64,000 nt of DNA from Pseudomonadota bacterium (GTDB lineage Bacteria; Desulfobacterota; UBA8473), in NCBI GenBank assembly GCA_043825855.1, contig JBDRRJ010000008.1, forward strand, positions 1,551-65,550. The letters are read 5' to 3'. The notes under the pieces were generated by a model, which was given only the letters and a program-made list of their open reading frames with translations, made no database searches and was not told the origin of the DNA. A program made the translations under genes and the position numbers. Every line of letters begins with the position of its first letter. Within the stretch, counting starts at the first letter, position 1. Positions 40,411 through 49,856 of the stretch are shown here, one piece after another.

Positions 40411-41232
40411 TTATCTTCTCCGTCCCCAGTCTTTATATAATTTGCTATAAGTGTTGTAAAGCGTGTCATTATTCATAATTTTTTCCACAACATAAAGATC
40501 ATCAAGTGTGTCAACCGATTTGGAATCAAATCTGGTTGGTATCATTTTTACCTTGAGACCGTTCTCCAGGATTCTCATCATATCAACGGATTCAATAATC
40601 TCGAGAGGCGTTTGAGGGGTCTCGTTGTATTCGAGCAGAAAGTCCCTTCTGAAAGGGATGATACAGACCTGTTTGTACATAGATACATCCTTTACACCTT
40701 TTTTCCTTGAAGGAATTGGTTCCCTTGAAAAATAAAGGGCATTGTTGAATTTATCGACAACCACTTTTACCTCGTTCGGGTCTTCGAACTCTTCAATGGT
40801 CGTTATTTTCCCAAGCAGGTTTGTTATCAGAATATTTGTATCGTCAATCATTGGCTGTACCGCTTCATCGATCATCTCGGGGAGGACCAGCGGCTCATCA
40901 CCCTGGATCATTACCATCAGATCTATTTTTTCACCTGTCTCCGCCTCTATTTTCAGCATGGCTTCGGCACACCGGTCACTCGCCCGTTCATGGGTATCCT
41001 TCGTCATGACTGCCTTGCCCCCGATAGAGTTAACATACTCGACAACTTCCTGGTCACATGTGGCTACATACACTGCCGATAATGATTTACTCATTACGCT
41101 CCGGTGATAAACATGCCCGATCATGGGCATCCCACAGATCTTCGCAAGAGGTTTCCCGGGAAACCGTGATGAAGCCATCCGAGCAGGAATAATACCTATA
41201 ATGTTTATCCCCTTATCCTTTGATTTATTCAT
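40411..41232 (-). CDS. KdsB-like cytidylyltransferase (CMP-ulosonic acid synthetase family, CTP_transf_3)
   Basis: IIGIIPARMASSRFPGKPLAKICGMPMIGHVYHRS ... QGDEPL ... SVDTLDDL is the KdsB-type pattern. Confidence 0.8.
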   Translation of the reverse strand: MNKSKDKGINIIGIIPARMASSRFPGKPLAKICGMPMIGHVYHRSVMSKSLSAVYVATCDQEVVEYVNSIGGKAVMTKDTHERASDRCAEAMLKIEAETGEKIDLMVMIQGDEPLVLPEMIDEAVQPMIDDTNILITNLLGKITTIEEFEDPNEVKVVVDKFNNALYFSREPIPSRKKGVKDVSMYKQVCIIPFRRDFLLEYNETPQTPLEIIESVDMMRILENGLKVKMIPTRFDSKSVDTLDDLYVVEKIMNNDTLYNTYSKLYKDWGRRR

Positions 41233-42205
41233 TTCCAAGCTCCACATCTGTAAAGTAATATTTCGTTGAGTTCAAATATTTAAACGGTCTATATAATAGC
41301 TTAGCCAAACGGCCTTTTCCTTTAAAGCTCATGACAAAACCTTTTTTATATATAGCTTTATATAAAAGCATACTTTCAGATAATTTAAACAATTTATCAT
41401 CCGTGGCTTTTTCGCATAAATAAAGGGCATAATCTGAGATTCCATAAATTTGACATAAGGAAATCGCCTTCATTATTTTAGCTTTTTTGTAATCATTTTT
41501 TTGATTCATCATTACATCCATAAGAGCTTCATATGTTTTAAAATACAAAGCATCTGCAAAAATCAACTGCCCTTTATCTATTCCGCTATTAATGCCCGCT
41601 TTTCTTTTAAAATAATATTTTTTTAAATCAAACAAAGAAAAACCTTTTTTTCTCAAAAAAATATCAACATCTGAAAACAACGGTTGATTATTATAGAGTT
41701 GAGCAAATTCCACCTCTACTTCTATTCCGAATATAAGGTTATCTATAATTGCTGATGCACCCCTTAAAATGTCCAGTTCAAATCCCTGCGCATCGAGTTT
41801 TATGAAATCTGGGTCTTCAACACCATGACGGGTTAGGAGTTCCATAGTTAATTGTTTAGCATGGAATGATATTTCCCCCACGACATCCAGTCTTTGAGCA
41901 TCCGGGAATTGCTTCAAAAAGTCATGATTGGGCTGGTAAAAGGAAGAACACTCTTGTTTTCTTGTTAAAAAGAATTTTATATCTCGGTCGGAGTCGGCCA
42001 GAGCCTCGTTTATATATACAATGGATTCTGTGGATTGCAGTTTTCTGAAAGCACGTACATCCGGCTCAAACCCCAACACTTTTAACAATCCTTTTGCCTT
42101 TTTAAATCTTTCTGGGAAATCGCCACTTGCCCCTATATCGATCATAGTAATGGGATTTTTTTCAAGTATACTCCTTAAAAGGGGATGATTAAAAATATCG
42201 GCCAT
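41225..42205 (-). CDS. FkbM-family methyltransferase
   Basis: MIDIGASGDFPERF ... FIKLDAQGFELDILRGA. Confidence 0.7.
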   Translation of the reverse strand: MADIFNHPLLRSILEKNPITMIDIGASGDFPERFKKAKGLLKVLGFEPDVRAFRKLQSTESIVYINEALADSDRDIKFFLTRKQECSSFYQPNHDFLKQFPDAQRLDVVGEISFHAKQLTMELLTRHGVEDPDFIKLDAQGFELDILRGASAIIDNLIFGIEVEVEFAQLYNNQPLFSDVDIFLRKKGFSLFDLKKYYFKRKAGINSGIDKGQLIFADALYFKTYEALMDVMMNQKNDYKKAKIMKAISLCQIYGISDYALYLCEKATDDKLFKLSESMLLYKAIYKKGFVMSFKGKGRLAKLLYRPFKYLNSTKYYFTDVELGNE

Positions 42206-42208
42206 TTC

Positions 42209-42982
42209 TCACCTCAAATTATGTCCATTTTTTATACTGTCTAAAGTTTCTCTACATTTACAGCCAAGATAAAGCGTGTCAAGACCAACAGCAAGAAAAG
42301 AATACCCCTTGCCGATATAAACCTTCGTCTTTTCCGGATCCGGCTGAACGATGTGAAATCCCTTGGGTTTCTTTAATGCGTCACATATCGTTTCGTATCT
42401 TTTCAGGGCCTCCTTTACTTCTGGCCTTTCAAATTCACCGGGCCACCCGAGAGAACCGGATAAGTCATATGGCCCGATAATGGAACCATCTACGCCGGGC
42501 GTGCTCAATATTGCTTCCAGATTTTCTATGGCGCTAATATGTTCAATCTGCACAATGACGATGCTATTTTCAGCAACCCATTTCTTGTATTCTTCGAATC
42601 CAAACCCGTATTTTTGCGCACGTGCCAGACCAACGCCCCGTTTACCCACGGGCGGGTACTTGACTGCGGCAACAGCCGCTTCGGCATCAGCTTTCGTATT
42701 GACCATGGGAACGATGACACCATGAGCACCGGCATCCATAACACGTTTTATGAGATTAGCGTTATTTTCGCCCACTCTGACAAAGGGAGAAACGCCACTT
42801 AATTCTATAGCACGTATCATTTCCTGTGCCTGACTGATCGTTGTGGCACTGTGCTCCATATCCACAGTCAGCCAATCGAATCCAGCTTGTACCATAATCT
42901 CGGCAATAGCAGGATGGGCAAGTGTAATCCATGAACCAACGGTCAGTTCCCTGTTCATTATTTTCTTATTCAAGCCATTCAT
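42209..42982 (-). CDS. HpcH/HpaI-family class II (metal-dependent) pyruvate aldolase
   Basis: GSWITLAHPAIAEIMVQAGFDWLTVDMEHS...VRV...MDAGAHGVIVPMVNT...YPPVGKRG...VQIEH is the HpaI/YfaU/GarL signature. Confidence 0.85.
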   Translation of the reverse strand: MNGLNKKIMNRELTVGSWITLAHPAIAEIMVQAGFDWLTVDMEHSATTISQAQEMIRAIELSGVSPFVRVGENNANLIKRVMDAGAHGVIVPMVNTKADAEAAVAAVKYPPVGKRGVGLARAQKYGFGFEEYKKWVAENSIVIVQIEHISAIENLEAILSTPGVDGSIIGPYDLSGSLGWPGEFERPEVKEALKRYETICDALKKPKGFHIVQPDPEKTKVYIGKGYSFLAVGLDTLYLGCKCRETLDSIKNGHNLR

Positions 42983-43578
42983 CGCCTTCCCCCTTGCAAA
43001 GTTCTTTTTAGTACAGCTAATGCCCTTTGACTGCTCTTGCCGTCATCGATATGCGTACCGTACAATTTTATATACTCCCTGTTATCACAGTCGGCAGGAT
43101 ACTCTCCCGTTTGCAGATATACTTCCAGTCTATTCATCAAAGCTTCAGCATGGTCCGCACATACAGCCCTTTTCATAAGAAGGTGCAGATGTACCCTCGG
43201 TGGTGATATAACAGAGGTCAATACAAAAACCGGGAGCCGCGTTGCTATCGCCTGCAGCAATGTCGTTGTCGGTGAATCTATCAAAACGACGTCATGGCTG
43301 TGCAAGAGTTGGGTAAAAATTGGGTTTCGTATAATATTGATGCGTTCAATGCCTTTGAGGGATGCAACCCATGGCGGGTCTTCATCAAGCACATCTGCAC
43401 CAGGATGGAGTTTTAATGTCAACGATATTTTTTTATTCTCTCTGCTTATTTTCTTCATCCTCTCGACAATAATCATCTGTTCTTTGTAATATATTCGATC
43501 GCTGAAGGGCGGATTAAAGCCGCAATACCAGCCGTTGCGATAATAATTTGTAATAACGTATAAAATGCGTATCGTCAT
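42979..43578 (-). CDS. Orphan protein equivalent to the C-terminal half of the large GT-B-like orphans (HP motif)
   Basis: ...ISLTLKLHPGAD...HDVVLIDSPTTTLLQAIATRLPVFVL. An ATGA overlap joins it to the upstream ORF. Confidence 0.55.
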   Translation of the reverse strand: MTIRILYVITNYYRNGWYCGFNPPFSDRIYYKEQMIIVERMKKISRENKKISLTLKLHPGADVLDEDPPWVASLKGIERINIIRNPIFTQLLHSHDVVLIDSPTTTLLQAIATRLPVFVLTSVISPPRVHLHLLMKRAVCADHAEALMNRLEVYLQTGEYPADCDNREYIKLYGTHIDDGKSSQRALAVLKRTLQGGRR

Positions 43579-44840
43579 CCCCTCGTCTCCATGCTAAGAT
43601 TGTCAAGAATTGCACTGCCTATTGATTCTATGACAATATTCTCAGGCATACCAGAGAGCTTGTACGCATTTTTCACGCCATTGCCAAAGGTGAGCAATAT
43701 GTTAGTTCCGGTTTTATCAAAAAGATCATGCCGCTGTGTTATATCCTTTTCATACCATACCGCACCATACTGCCATGATAAAACAGGAATGGATTTTGCG
43801 ACAAAAAACTGTTTTATAATATAGTTTAAGTAGTCCGGTGTTGACATACTCAGTACTGCAATCGGCATTTTATTGAAACAGATTTTTTCCATCTTTTCTA
43901 TTATTGCCCGTGCCACAGAAGGCCCCTTTTCTATTATCCATCGTATTCTGTCTCCAAGTATATCAAAAAAATCAATACCTTCATGAACCATATTGGCAAA
44001 GAAATATAGGCATAGTTCATTGCCATCTATTTCTGACACGTTATCCTCTGTATATATGTTGCCAAGGATAGATTCGTTCAAAAAAAGAATCGATATATTA
44101 GAGCTGATGAGAATTCGTAAAATATCCGGCCATTCATAGGGATTATTCATCACCATAATATGTTGCTTTTTATTTGTCCCGATGAGATTGAGTATGTTCT
44201 GCAGCATTTTTTGTTGATAACTTATCACCACACTTCTTAGCAAGATATTGGAGTTCACGACTTTTCTCAATACGTTCTTGATGCTATCAACTTTTTTATG
44301 GCGTGTTTCAGTATGTAAATTCTTATTCGGGTCCAACACAGGAATCACACTGTCAGCCCATTCAGACAATAACAGCAATCTGCCCCACAACGTTTCATGC
44401 TTGCCAAAGCCAAGGCCGAATAACGTCCACGGCTGAAGTGGCGTCATATGGGTATAAATTTTATCTTTACATACGTCAAATTTAGTTAAAATCTTTCTTA
44501 TCCACAACGCACGGCTGAGAACGGCATCGAAAACCATGCCGAGCTGCCAGAGGTGGAAAAGAAAAGGTCGGATATTCCACTTTTTCAGAAAAGGATCTAT
44601 TTCTTGCAATCTATCATCTATCTTTCCACATACATTATGCAACTGTTCAAACTGCACCTTGCATGCGCCCTCTATTTCATTCAAACCTACATAGTCTTCC
44701 GGAATGGTATATGGAAGGTTCTTTCCAGCAAGATAATGCATTGCTGATGGGCCAAGCGCCAACCAGTCAGCATCAGCACAGTCGGTGTTTTTAAGAAAAT
44801 GCTCGACCTGGTATGCATGTTCCACAAAAAAAGTATTCAT
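43575..44840 (-). CDS. Orphan protein equivalent to the N-terminal two-thirds of the large GT-B-like orphans
   Basis: 421 aa. ..VLSWQYGAVW... lies at the position matching AYQHTVV in 33586..35373. Confidence 0.5.
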   Translation of the reverse strand: MNTFFVEHAYQVEHFLKNTDCADADWLALGPSAMHYLAGKNLPYTIPEDYVGLNEIEGACKVQFEQLHNVCGKIDDRLQEIDPFLKKWNIRPFLFHLWQLGMVFDAVLSRALWIRKILTKFDVCKDKIYTHMTPLQPWTLFGLGFGKHETLWGRLLLLSEWADSVIPVLDPNKNLHTETRHKKVDSIKNVLRKVVNSNILLRSVVISYQQKMLQNILNLIGTNKKQHIMVMNNPYEWPDILRILISSNISILFLNESILGNIYTEDNVSEIDGNELCLYFFANMVHEGIDFFDILGDRIRWIIEKGPSVARAIIEKMEKICFNKMPIAVLSMSTPDYLNYIIKQFFVAKSIPVLSWQYGAVWYEKDITQRHDLFDKTGTNILLTFGNGVKNAYKLSGMPENIVIESIGSAILDNLSMETRG

Positions 44841-46357
44841 GACGTACGGCCAACTCTTACCTTGGCAGGACTTAATTCCTTAGCATAATCATCAGGTACA
44901 AAAAACAGTAAAAACAGCAGGAAAAACATCAACCAGTAAAATGTATAATGATAGAATAGAAACCAAAATCCTATTGCTATCAATATAGAGTAAGCGGATG
45001 TTTTAATCAGGAACAGTTTCGGGTGTACTGCTGCTATTTTCTCCCCGGTCTTACCTGTCAGCTTAAAACTTACAAAACACAGGTAAACAAAGTATCCAAT
45101 AAGTATGACTCCCCAAATGCTGTATTCACAGATAAAGTTGACATAAAAATTATGTGGGCCCGTGACTTGGCCGTAGGATACTATCTCATGATACCAAGAG
45201 CTCATATCGCCCGCTTGTACATAATCGATAAAATATTTTGGGATAGAAGAAGATGCCATCGTTGGATCTACCCGTCCTGGTCCTACTCCAACGGGGAAAG
45301 ATGCAATGAACACCTCTAATCCTCTGAGGTATGATCCTAAACGTTCAACCCAACTACTCGTAAAGGTTTGAAAGTAATCGGGACGCACAAACATAAAAAA
45401 CGCCAAACTTTCTAAATAGTCATCCAACATTTTGAAAACCAAAGTCACTCCCCAGACAAAAAGACCCATCAATAGTATGCCGAATTTGAGTCGCACTCTT
45501 TTTCGTAACATTGAAAATATTCCGATCACTATAAAGGTTGACACTATAGGCGTTCTCTGGAATGTTGCAAGCGTTGGTAGAAAAAAGAGTGGGATAAGAA
45601 ACAAATAAATAATGGTTTTACGACTACTTACAAAATATAGTATGAATCCTGTGGCGCCAAAACAAACTAATGCAAGAGTCACAAAATCAAAGAAAAAGAT
45701 GCTGTGATATCTTCCCGATTCATGAAACACGTAATTAGTTAAGGGTAAAGGAAGTTTCAAATAAAAATATAAAAGTGATTCTACAGCAAGTGCCGTCGCT
45801 GATGCAATAATGATTAGAAAGATTTTTTCTGCTTCTTCAATTCGTCTGACAAACGTTGCACACCCATATAAAAAAATGAGACCAAATACCATCGGTGCAT
45901 TCCAAACAAGCTCTTCGGGAACAATTTCTATATTAGTCAGATAATCCCCGCCAAACGCCCTGATCAATTCCAAAAGAAACGACAGAATAATAACGAAAAA
46001 CACAAGATAGCAGAAATAGTTCAATTTGCGGTGTATCGGCGGGAATCTTTTTTTAAAGCGTAGAATATTCAGACATATGGTCAACGCAGCCACAGTCTGC
46101 AAGATTGTGCACAAGGAAATCCCGCGCAACTCCTCAATCGAAAATAATACAAAGTTATTGCCACCTTTTGGGAAAAAAAGAGTTATAAAAAGAAACCCAT
46201 ATAAAGAATATAGTGGCTTTTTAAGGACTAATCCGAATAAGATAGCATACAGGACTGTAAAGAAAATTATAAATATCAAACCATTTCGGTCTTGTACCAC
46301 CAGCGAGATCATATAAAATAAGTAAAATTGTAGTAATGCGACAAGACCGATAATCAT
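44837..46357 (-). CDS. wzy: O-antigen polymerase/ligase-family membrane protein (Wzy_C-type)
   Basis: 506 aa with at least 10 TM segments and a large loop, ending in ...GPHNFYVNFICEYSIWGVILIG, which matches the Wzy_C HN.y...E.G motif. Confidence 0.7.
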   Translation of the reverse strand: MIIGLVALLQFYLFYMISLVVQDRNGLIFIIFFTVLYAILFGLVLKKPLYSLYGFLFITLFFPKGGNNFVLFSIEELRGISLCTILQTVAALTICLNILRFKKRFPPIHRKLNYFCYLVFFVIILSFLLELIRAFGGDYLTNIEIVPEELVWNAPMVFGLIFLYGCATFVRRIEEAEKIFLIIIASATALAVESLLYFYLKLPLPLTNYVFHESGRYHSIFFFDFVTLALVCFGATGFILYFVSSRKTIIYLFLIPLFFLPTLATFQRTPIVSTFIVIGIFSMLRKRVRLKFGILLMGLFVWGVTLVFKMLDDYLESLAFFMFVRPDYFQTFTSSWVERLGSYLRGLEVFIASFPVGVGPGRVDPTMASSSIPKYFIDYVQAGDMSSWYHEIVSYGQVTGPHNFYVNFICEYSIWGVILIGYFVYLCFVSFKLTGKTGEKIAAVHPKLFLIKTSAYSILIAIGFWFLFYHYTFYWLMFFLLFLLFFVPDDYAKELSPAKVRVGRTS

Positions 46358-48271
46358 TTATACATTCCCTGTCAAGATGCAATTTATACGTTCGAGCGCT
46401 CTGCCATCCCTGAAGGGATCGAGGCCTTTCAATACGCCCGCGATATTTTCAGCGTATATTTCGTAATCATTGACTGCATTTTTGAAAAGGACCGCAAGTT
46501 CATCATAATTTCCCGCTATCAAATCAGGGATTTCGCTATATGCTTGTCCACCGTATTTCAGCTCATTATAATAAATTACCCGCTTCTTAAACATCAACGC
46601 CTCGAAGCCCGGGGTTGTGAATCCAATGGCTATGATAATATCCGATGTGCAAAGAAGATCTATGTATTCGTGACGCAACCTATCTTCGAACCTGAGGTTG
46701 CCCTTTGTTTGCCGGTATATTTCCATGAAAGCTTCGCTGGCAAGCATAATATCCGTATATTCAGGTTCCTTATTTTTTATCACAAAGTCTATATCTGGGT
46801 TATCTACCGCAAGTCTGGCACAGTTAATTATAAAGGAAAGCGCATAGCCCAGGGAATAATGATGCCGGGGGCTGATATCTCCCGGGAAGATGCAGACTTG
46901 AATCCTGTCCGATCCTGACGCATTTTGCATTTTTCGATCTTCCTGCATCAGATAGTCCAGGTATATGCATCCTGTTATTGTGCATTGACGGATAAATCTT
47001 GTTGTAGTTCCCATCATCCCATACCAAACCCGGCCCCAGGCAAAATGCAAATCAAAACTGTCAAAAACGTATTCATAGTTTTTCGAGTGAACCGCCCGTG
47101 TCTGACAACCAACGCTCCTGATGCCGTTCTTTCTACACAACCCGGTAATAATGCCGCTGTTATGCCGAAGACTGCTGTGACCGTTTGGGAAAGTCAAATA
47201 TATAAAATTGTCAGCACTATAGCGATAAAAAAGAGGATAAAAGTTCAAGTACTCTTTTAAAGCCTTTATCATAACATCAGCAACAACTGTGTTATTGGTT
47301 GTAAAAGCTTTTCCCATGATTTTAAATGCGTGGAGAATGTACTCTTGTAAAATTACCGGAGGATAGGAAAGTGTGTCGAGCAATTGTATCTCATATCCTT
47401 TGTGTCGAACGTCTGAAAGTGTTTTTGTAATTTTGTATCCAATACCTTCCAGTATCCTTTTTTGTTCATTCGTTATGAAAAAGAAAATGTCTTCTTTGTG
47501 TATGCTTTTCCCGTCAACCCAGCAATCAGGATCATAACAGGTATTATTGAGTCTTCTCGGATCTATAAACTCTGTAATTATTTTATAATGTTTCTTGTCA
47601 TTTATTTTCCAGCTTATACCTCTTTTAAATATCCCCAATCCAACACGTATTATTTTAGGAATGAGTGAAAGCACAAAAAAAACATTCCTGGCTGTTCTGC
47701 ACCAGTTGGGCCATTTAAAAAAGTCAAATCTTGCATGCAGAGCATTTCGCTTAATAACATCGAGCCACTCTTCAGGCCAGCGGCAATCCCAGACCGCAAC
47801 ACATCTTGCACTGTAACCAATACTCGCACAGCAGGAGATGCTGGCAACCAACTGTTTGAATATTTTGCAATCCGCGATCTGTTTTACCGCATAAGACAAA
47901 GCCGGTTCTTTGCCAAGCAGTTTTTCCAGAATAGAAAACCAATGGTCATTTTCAATGAGGGGAATAAGTTCCTCCGATATGACAGATACCCATTCCTGTG
48001 CGCCTATATGAAAATCACTATAGCCTGCGACATCATCGCCTTGTTTTACCTGAATTAGCGTAATACCGGCAAACCACGAGAGAACCGCCTCTATCGATTT
48101 CGGAGATATTCCGAATATTTTTACGATCCCCCTCAGGTAACGGGGGAAGATGTCGTAGTAAAAAAAAGTGTTGCTGTTTTTAAAAGACCATGAAACGATT
48201 AGCAGACCGACAACAGACAGCTCTGGCATGCAGATATGTGTTAGAGTTTTTAAATCATTGTCGTTTTTCAT
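46358..48271 (-). CDS. Large orphan surface-carbohydrate biosynthesis protein (third member, HP motif degenerate)
   Basis: 637 aa. C-terminal ...DFVIKNKEPEY...SDIIIAIGFTTPGFEALMFKKRVIYY parallels the other two orphans. Confidence 0.5.
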   Translation of the reverse strand: MKNDNDLKTLTHICMPELSVVGLLIVSWSFKNSNTFFYYDIFPRYLRGIVKIFGISPKSIEAVLSWFAGITLIQVKQGDDVAGYSDFHIGAQEWVSVISEELIPLIENDHWFSILEKLLGKEPALSYAVKQIADCKIFKQLVASISCCASIGYSARCVAVWDCRWPEEWLDVIKRNALHARFDFFKWPNWCRTARNVFFVLSLIPKIIRVGLGIFKRGISWKINDKKHYKIITEFIDPRRLNNTCYDPDCWVDGKSIHKEDIFFFITNEQKRILEGIGYKITKTLSDVRHKGYEIQLLDTLSYPPVILQEYILHAFKIMGKAFTTNNTVVADVMIKALKEYLNFYPLFYRYSADNFIYLTFPNGHSSLRHNSGIITGLCRKNGIRSVGCQTRAVHSKNYEYVFDSFDLHFAWGRVWYGMMGTTTRFIRQCTITGCIYLDYLMQEDRKMQNASGSDRIQVCIFPGDISPRHHYSLGYALSFIINCARLAVDNPDIDFVIKNKEPEYTDIMLASEAFMEIYRQTKGNLRFEDRLRHEYIDLLCTSDIIIAIGFTTPGFEALMFKKRVIYYNELKYGGQAYSEIPDLIAGNYDELAVLFKNAVNDYEIYAENIAGVLKGLDPFRDGRALERINCILTGNV

Positions 48272-48293
48272 CGTTTCTCTATCTGCATATCAT

Positions 48294-49856
48294 TTACTTG
48301 AGCCACCCTCCCATTATCCGGGACTTTTTAACGCCATACAATACAAGAAGGAACATAGCAATAAGCGACAAAAATGCCGTCGGAAACATCGCTTCAAAAT
48401 TGGCTATAAACCCCTGAGCATCTTTATCCATGAAAATGAATCCAGCATAGAGTACACCAAATGTCCACAAGGCCGCAGCGGTGACTGAAAAGACAACCCC
48501 GATGCGTTCCTTCATGCTCCAGTAACTTTTCCCCACAGCAATTACCATATAGACGAAATAGAGGTAGCTTCCTGCAACTGATGCATAGGCAACATCTCGA
48601 ATGGTTGTTCCTTTAAATATAAACCATGTAACAGCTATTGCACCGACCATAGCTAATAGTCCAAAAACATTGGCCATACCCCTGTTCAACAGTTTTTTTT
48701 CTGCCATCCAGGGATTGGTAAGGCCGCTATTTAGAACATAAAAAAAACTTGAAATTATTAGAATAAGAAAGCTCTCATTGGCCCCGGCATATTTTGGTAT
48801 AAAACTATTAACAATGAATGTGAGGCCTATGAAAGCCACCCAGCAAAGGGCAGGGATAATGACCATAAGCTGAAACAGAAGATATTGTTTCATTTGCCGT
48901 CCTATCACTTCCCGGGAAATTCCACTGCCCACCTGTTCAAGAAAACGCATCGTGTAAACCGACCCCACTCGTGTACTAATATCGTTAACCTGCATTGAAA
49001 ACCCCCGTGCCAACGAAAACAGTGCCAGTGCTTCCACATTCGTGAACTTCGTTACCCAGAGAATACTTACCATATTGAACAAAGCGTTGGGATAATCCAC
49101 GATCCGCAAAAAAAAACCAAAAGAAAGAAGCCTTTTCAGAGATCTCAGCGAGATTTTCACTTTTGTCTGAAGGTTGATAAGCCTCCCTAAAAATATAAAA
49201 ACTGCTCCTCGTAGTATTACACTTACGATCGAGATGATTATCAGTCCGGGTAGACTCCAGAACCAGGCAAAAACTACAAAACCAATGCAGTCAATGACAG
49301 CAAAGGCAATCAAAATCCTGCTTAAAAGAACAAAGGCTTGGGATGTGATGAAAAAAGTGCTGTAGACAGTGTAGAAGGAGGATATTAGAAAAACGGCTAT
49401 GCCAGCAAAAGCCACCGTGATCTCGGTTGTTGAATACTGGCTGTGGTGCCAGCGAACATACCACACCGCGAATAGCGCTACTATACAGTTCTGGATTACC
49501 GTAAACCAAAGGGTTGTAGAATAGATACGTTTTTTTTCAGTATTATCTCCCCTGGCTCCAATTAAAGGGAGCTCCCGTGTTGCCCCTGCAATGACACCGA
49601 GGTCGAATGTGCCAAGAAACCCCTGCACCACGGTCATGAAATTCCAGAATCCCATGATTTCCGGAGGTAATATGCGTCTGACAGCAAAACTTCTGATCAC
49701 TGTCAACAGTTGTGCAATTACATTTGTCCCGCTGTATGCAAGTGAATCTTTAAAAAAAACAGATTTTCTTATTTTGTCTAAGAAAGTCTTTTTGATTACC
49801 AAACAGACCTTTCGCCGCCCTTCATTGCAACCCTGTTGGTACTCCCCAATAATCAC
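48294..49856 (-). CDS. wzx: Wzx-type oligosaccharide flippase (MOP superfamily)
   Basis: 520 aa with about 12-14 TM segments and a polysaccharide-biosynthesis-protein N-terminus, ...SGTNVIAQLLTVIRSFAVRRILPPEIMGFW. The true start is uncertain; the ORF overlaps the upstream gene by 35 nt. Confidence 0.8.
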   Translation of the reverse strand: MIIGEYQQGCNEGRRKVCLVIKKTFLDKIRKSVFFKDSLAYSGTNVIAQLLTVIRSFAVRRILPPEIMGFWNFMTVVQGFLGTFDLGVIAGATRELPLIGARGDNTEKKRIYSTTLWFTVIQNCIVALFAVWYVRWHHSQYSTTEITVAFAGIAVFLISSFYTVYSTFFITSQAFVLLSRILIAFAVIDCIGFVVFAWFWSLPGLIIISIVSVILRGAVFIFLGRLINLQTKVKISLRSLKRLLSFGFFLRIVDYPNALFNMVSILWVTKFTNVEALALFSLARGFSMQVNDISTRVGSVYTMRFLEQVGSGISREVIGRQMKQYLLFQLMVIIPALCWVAFIGLTFIVNSFIPKYAGANESFLILIISSFFYVLNSGLTNPWMAEKKLLNRGMANVFGLLAMVGAIAVTWFIFKGTTIRDVAYASVAGSYLYFVYMVIAVGKSYWSMKERIGVVFSVTAAALWTFGVLYAGFIFMDKDAQGFIANFEAMFPTAFLSLIAMFLLVLYGVKKSRIMGGWLK

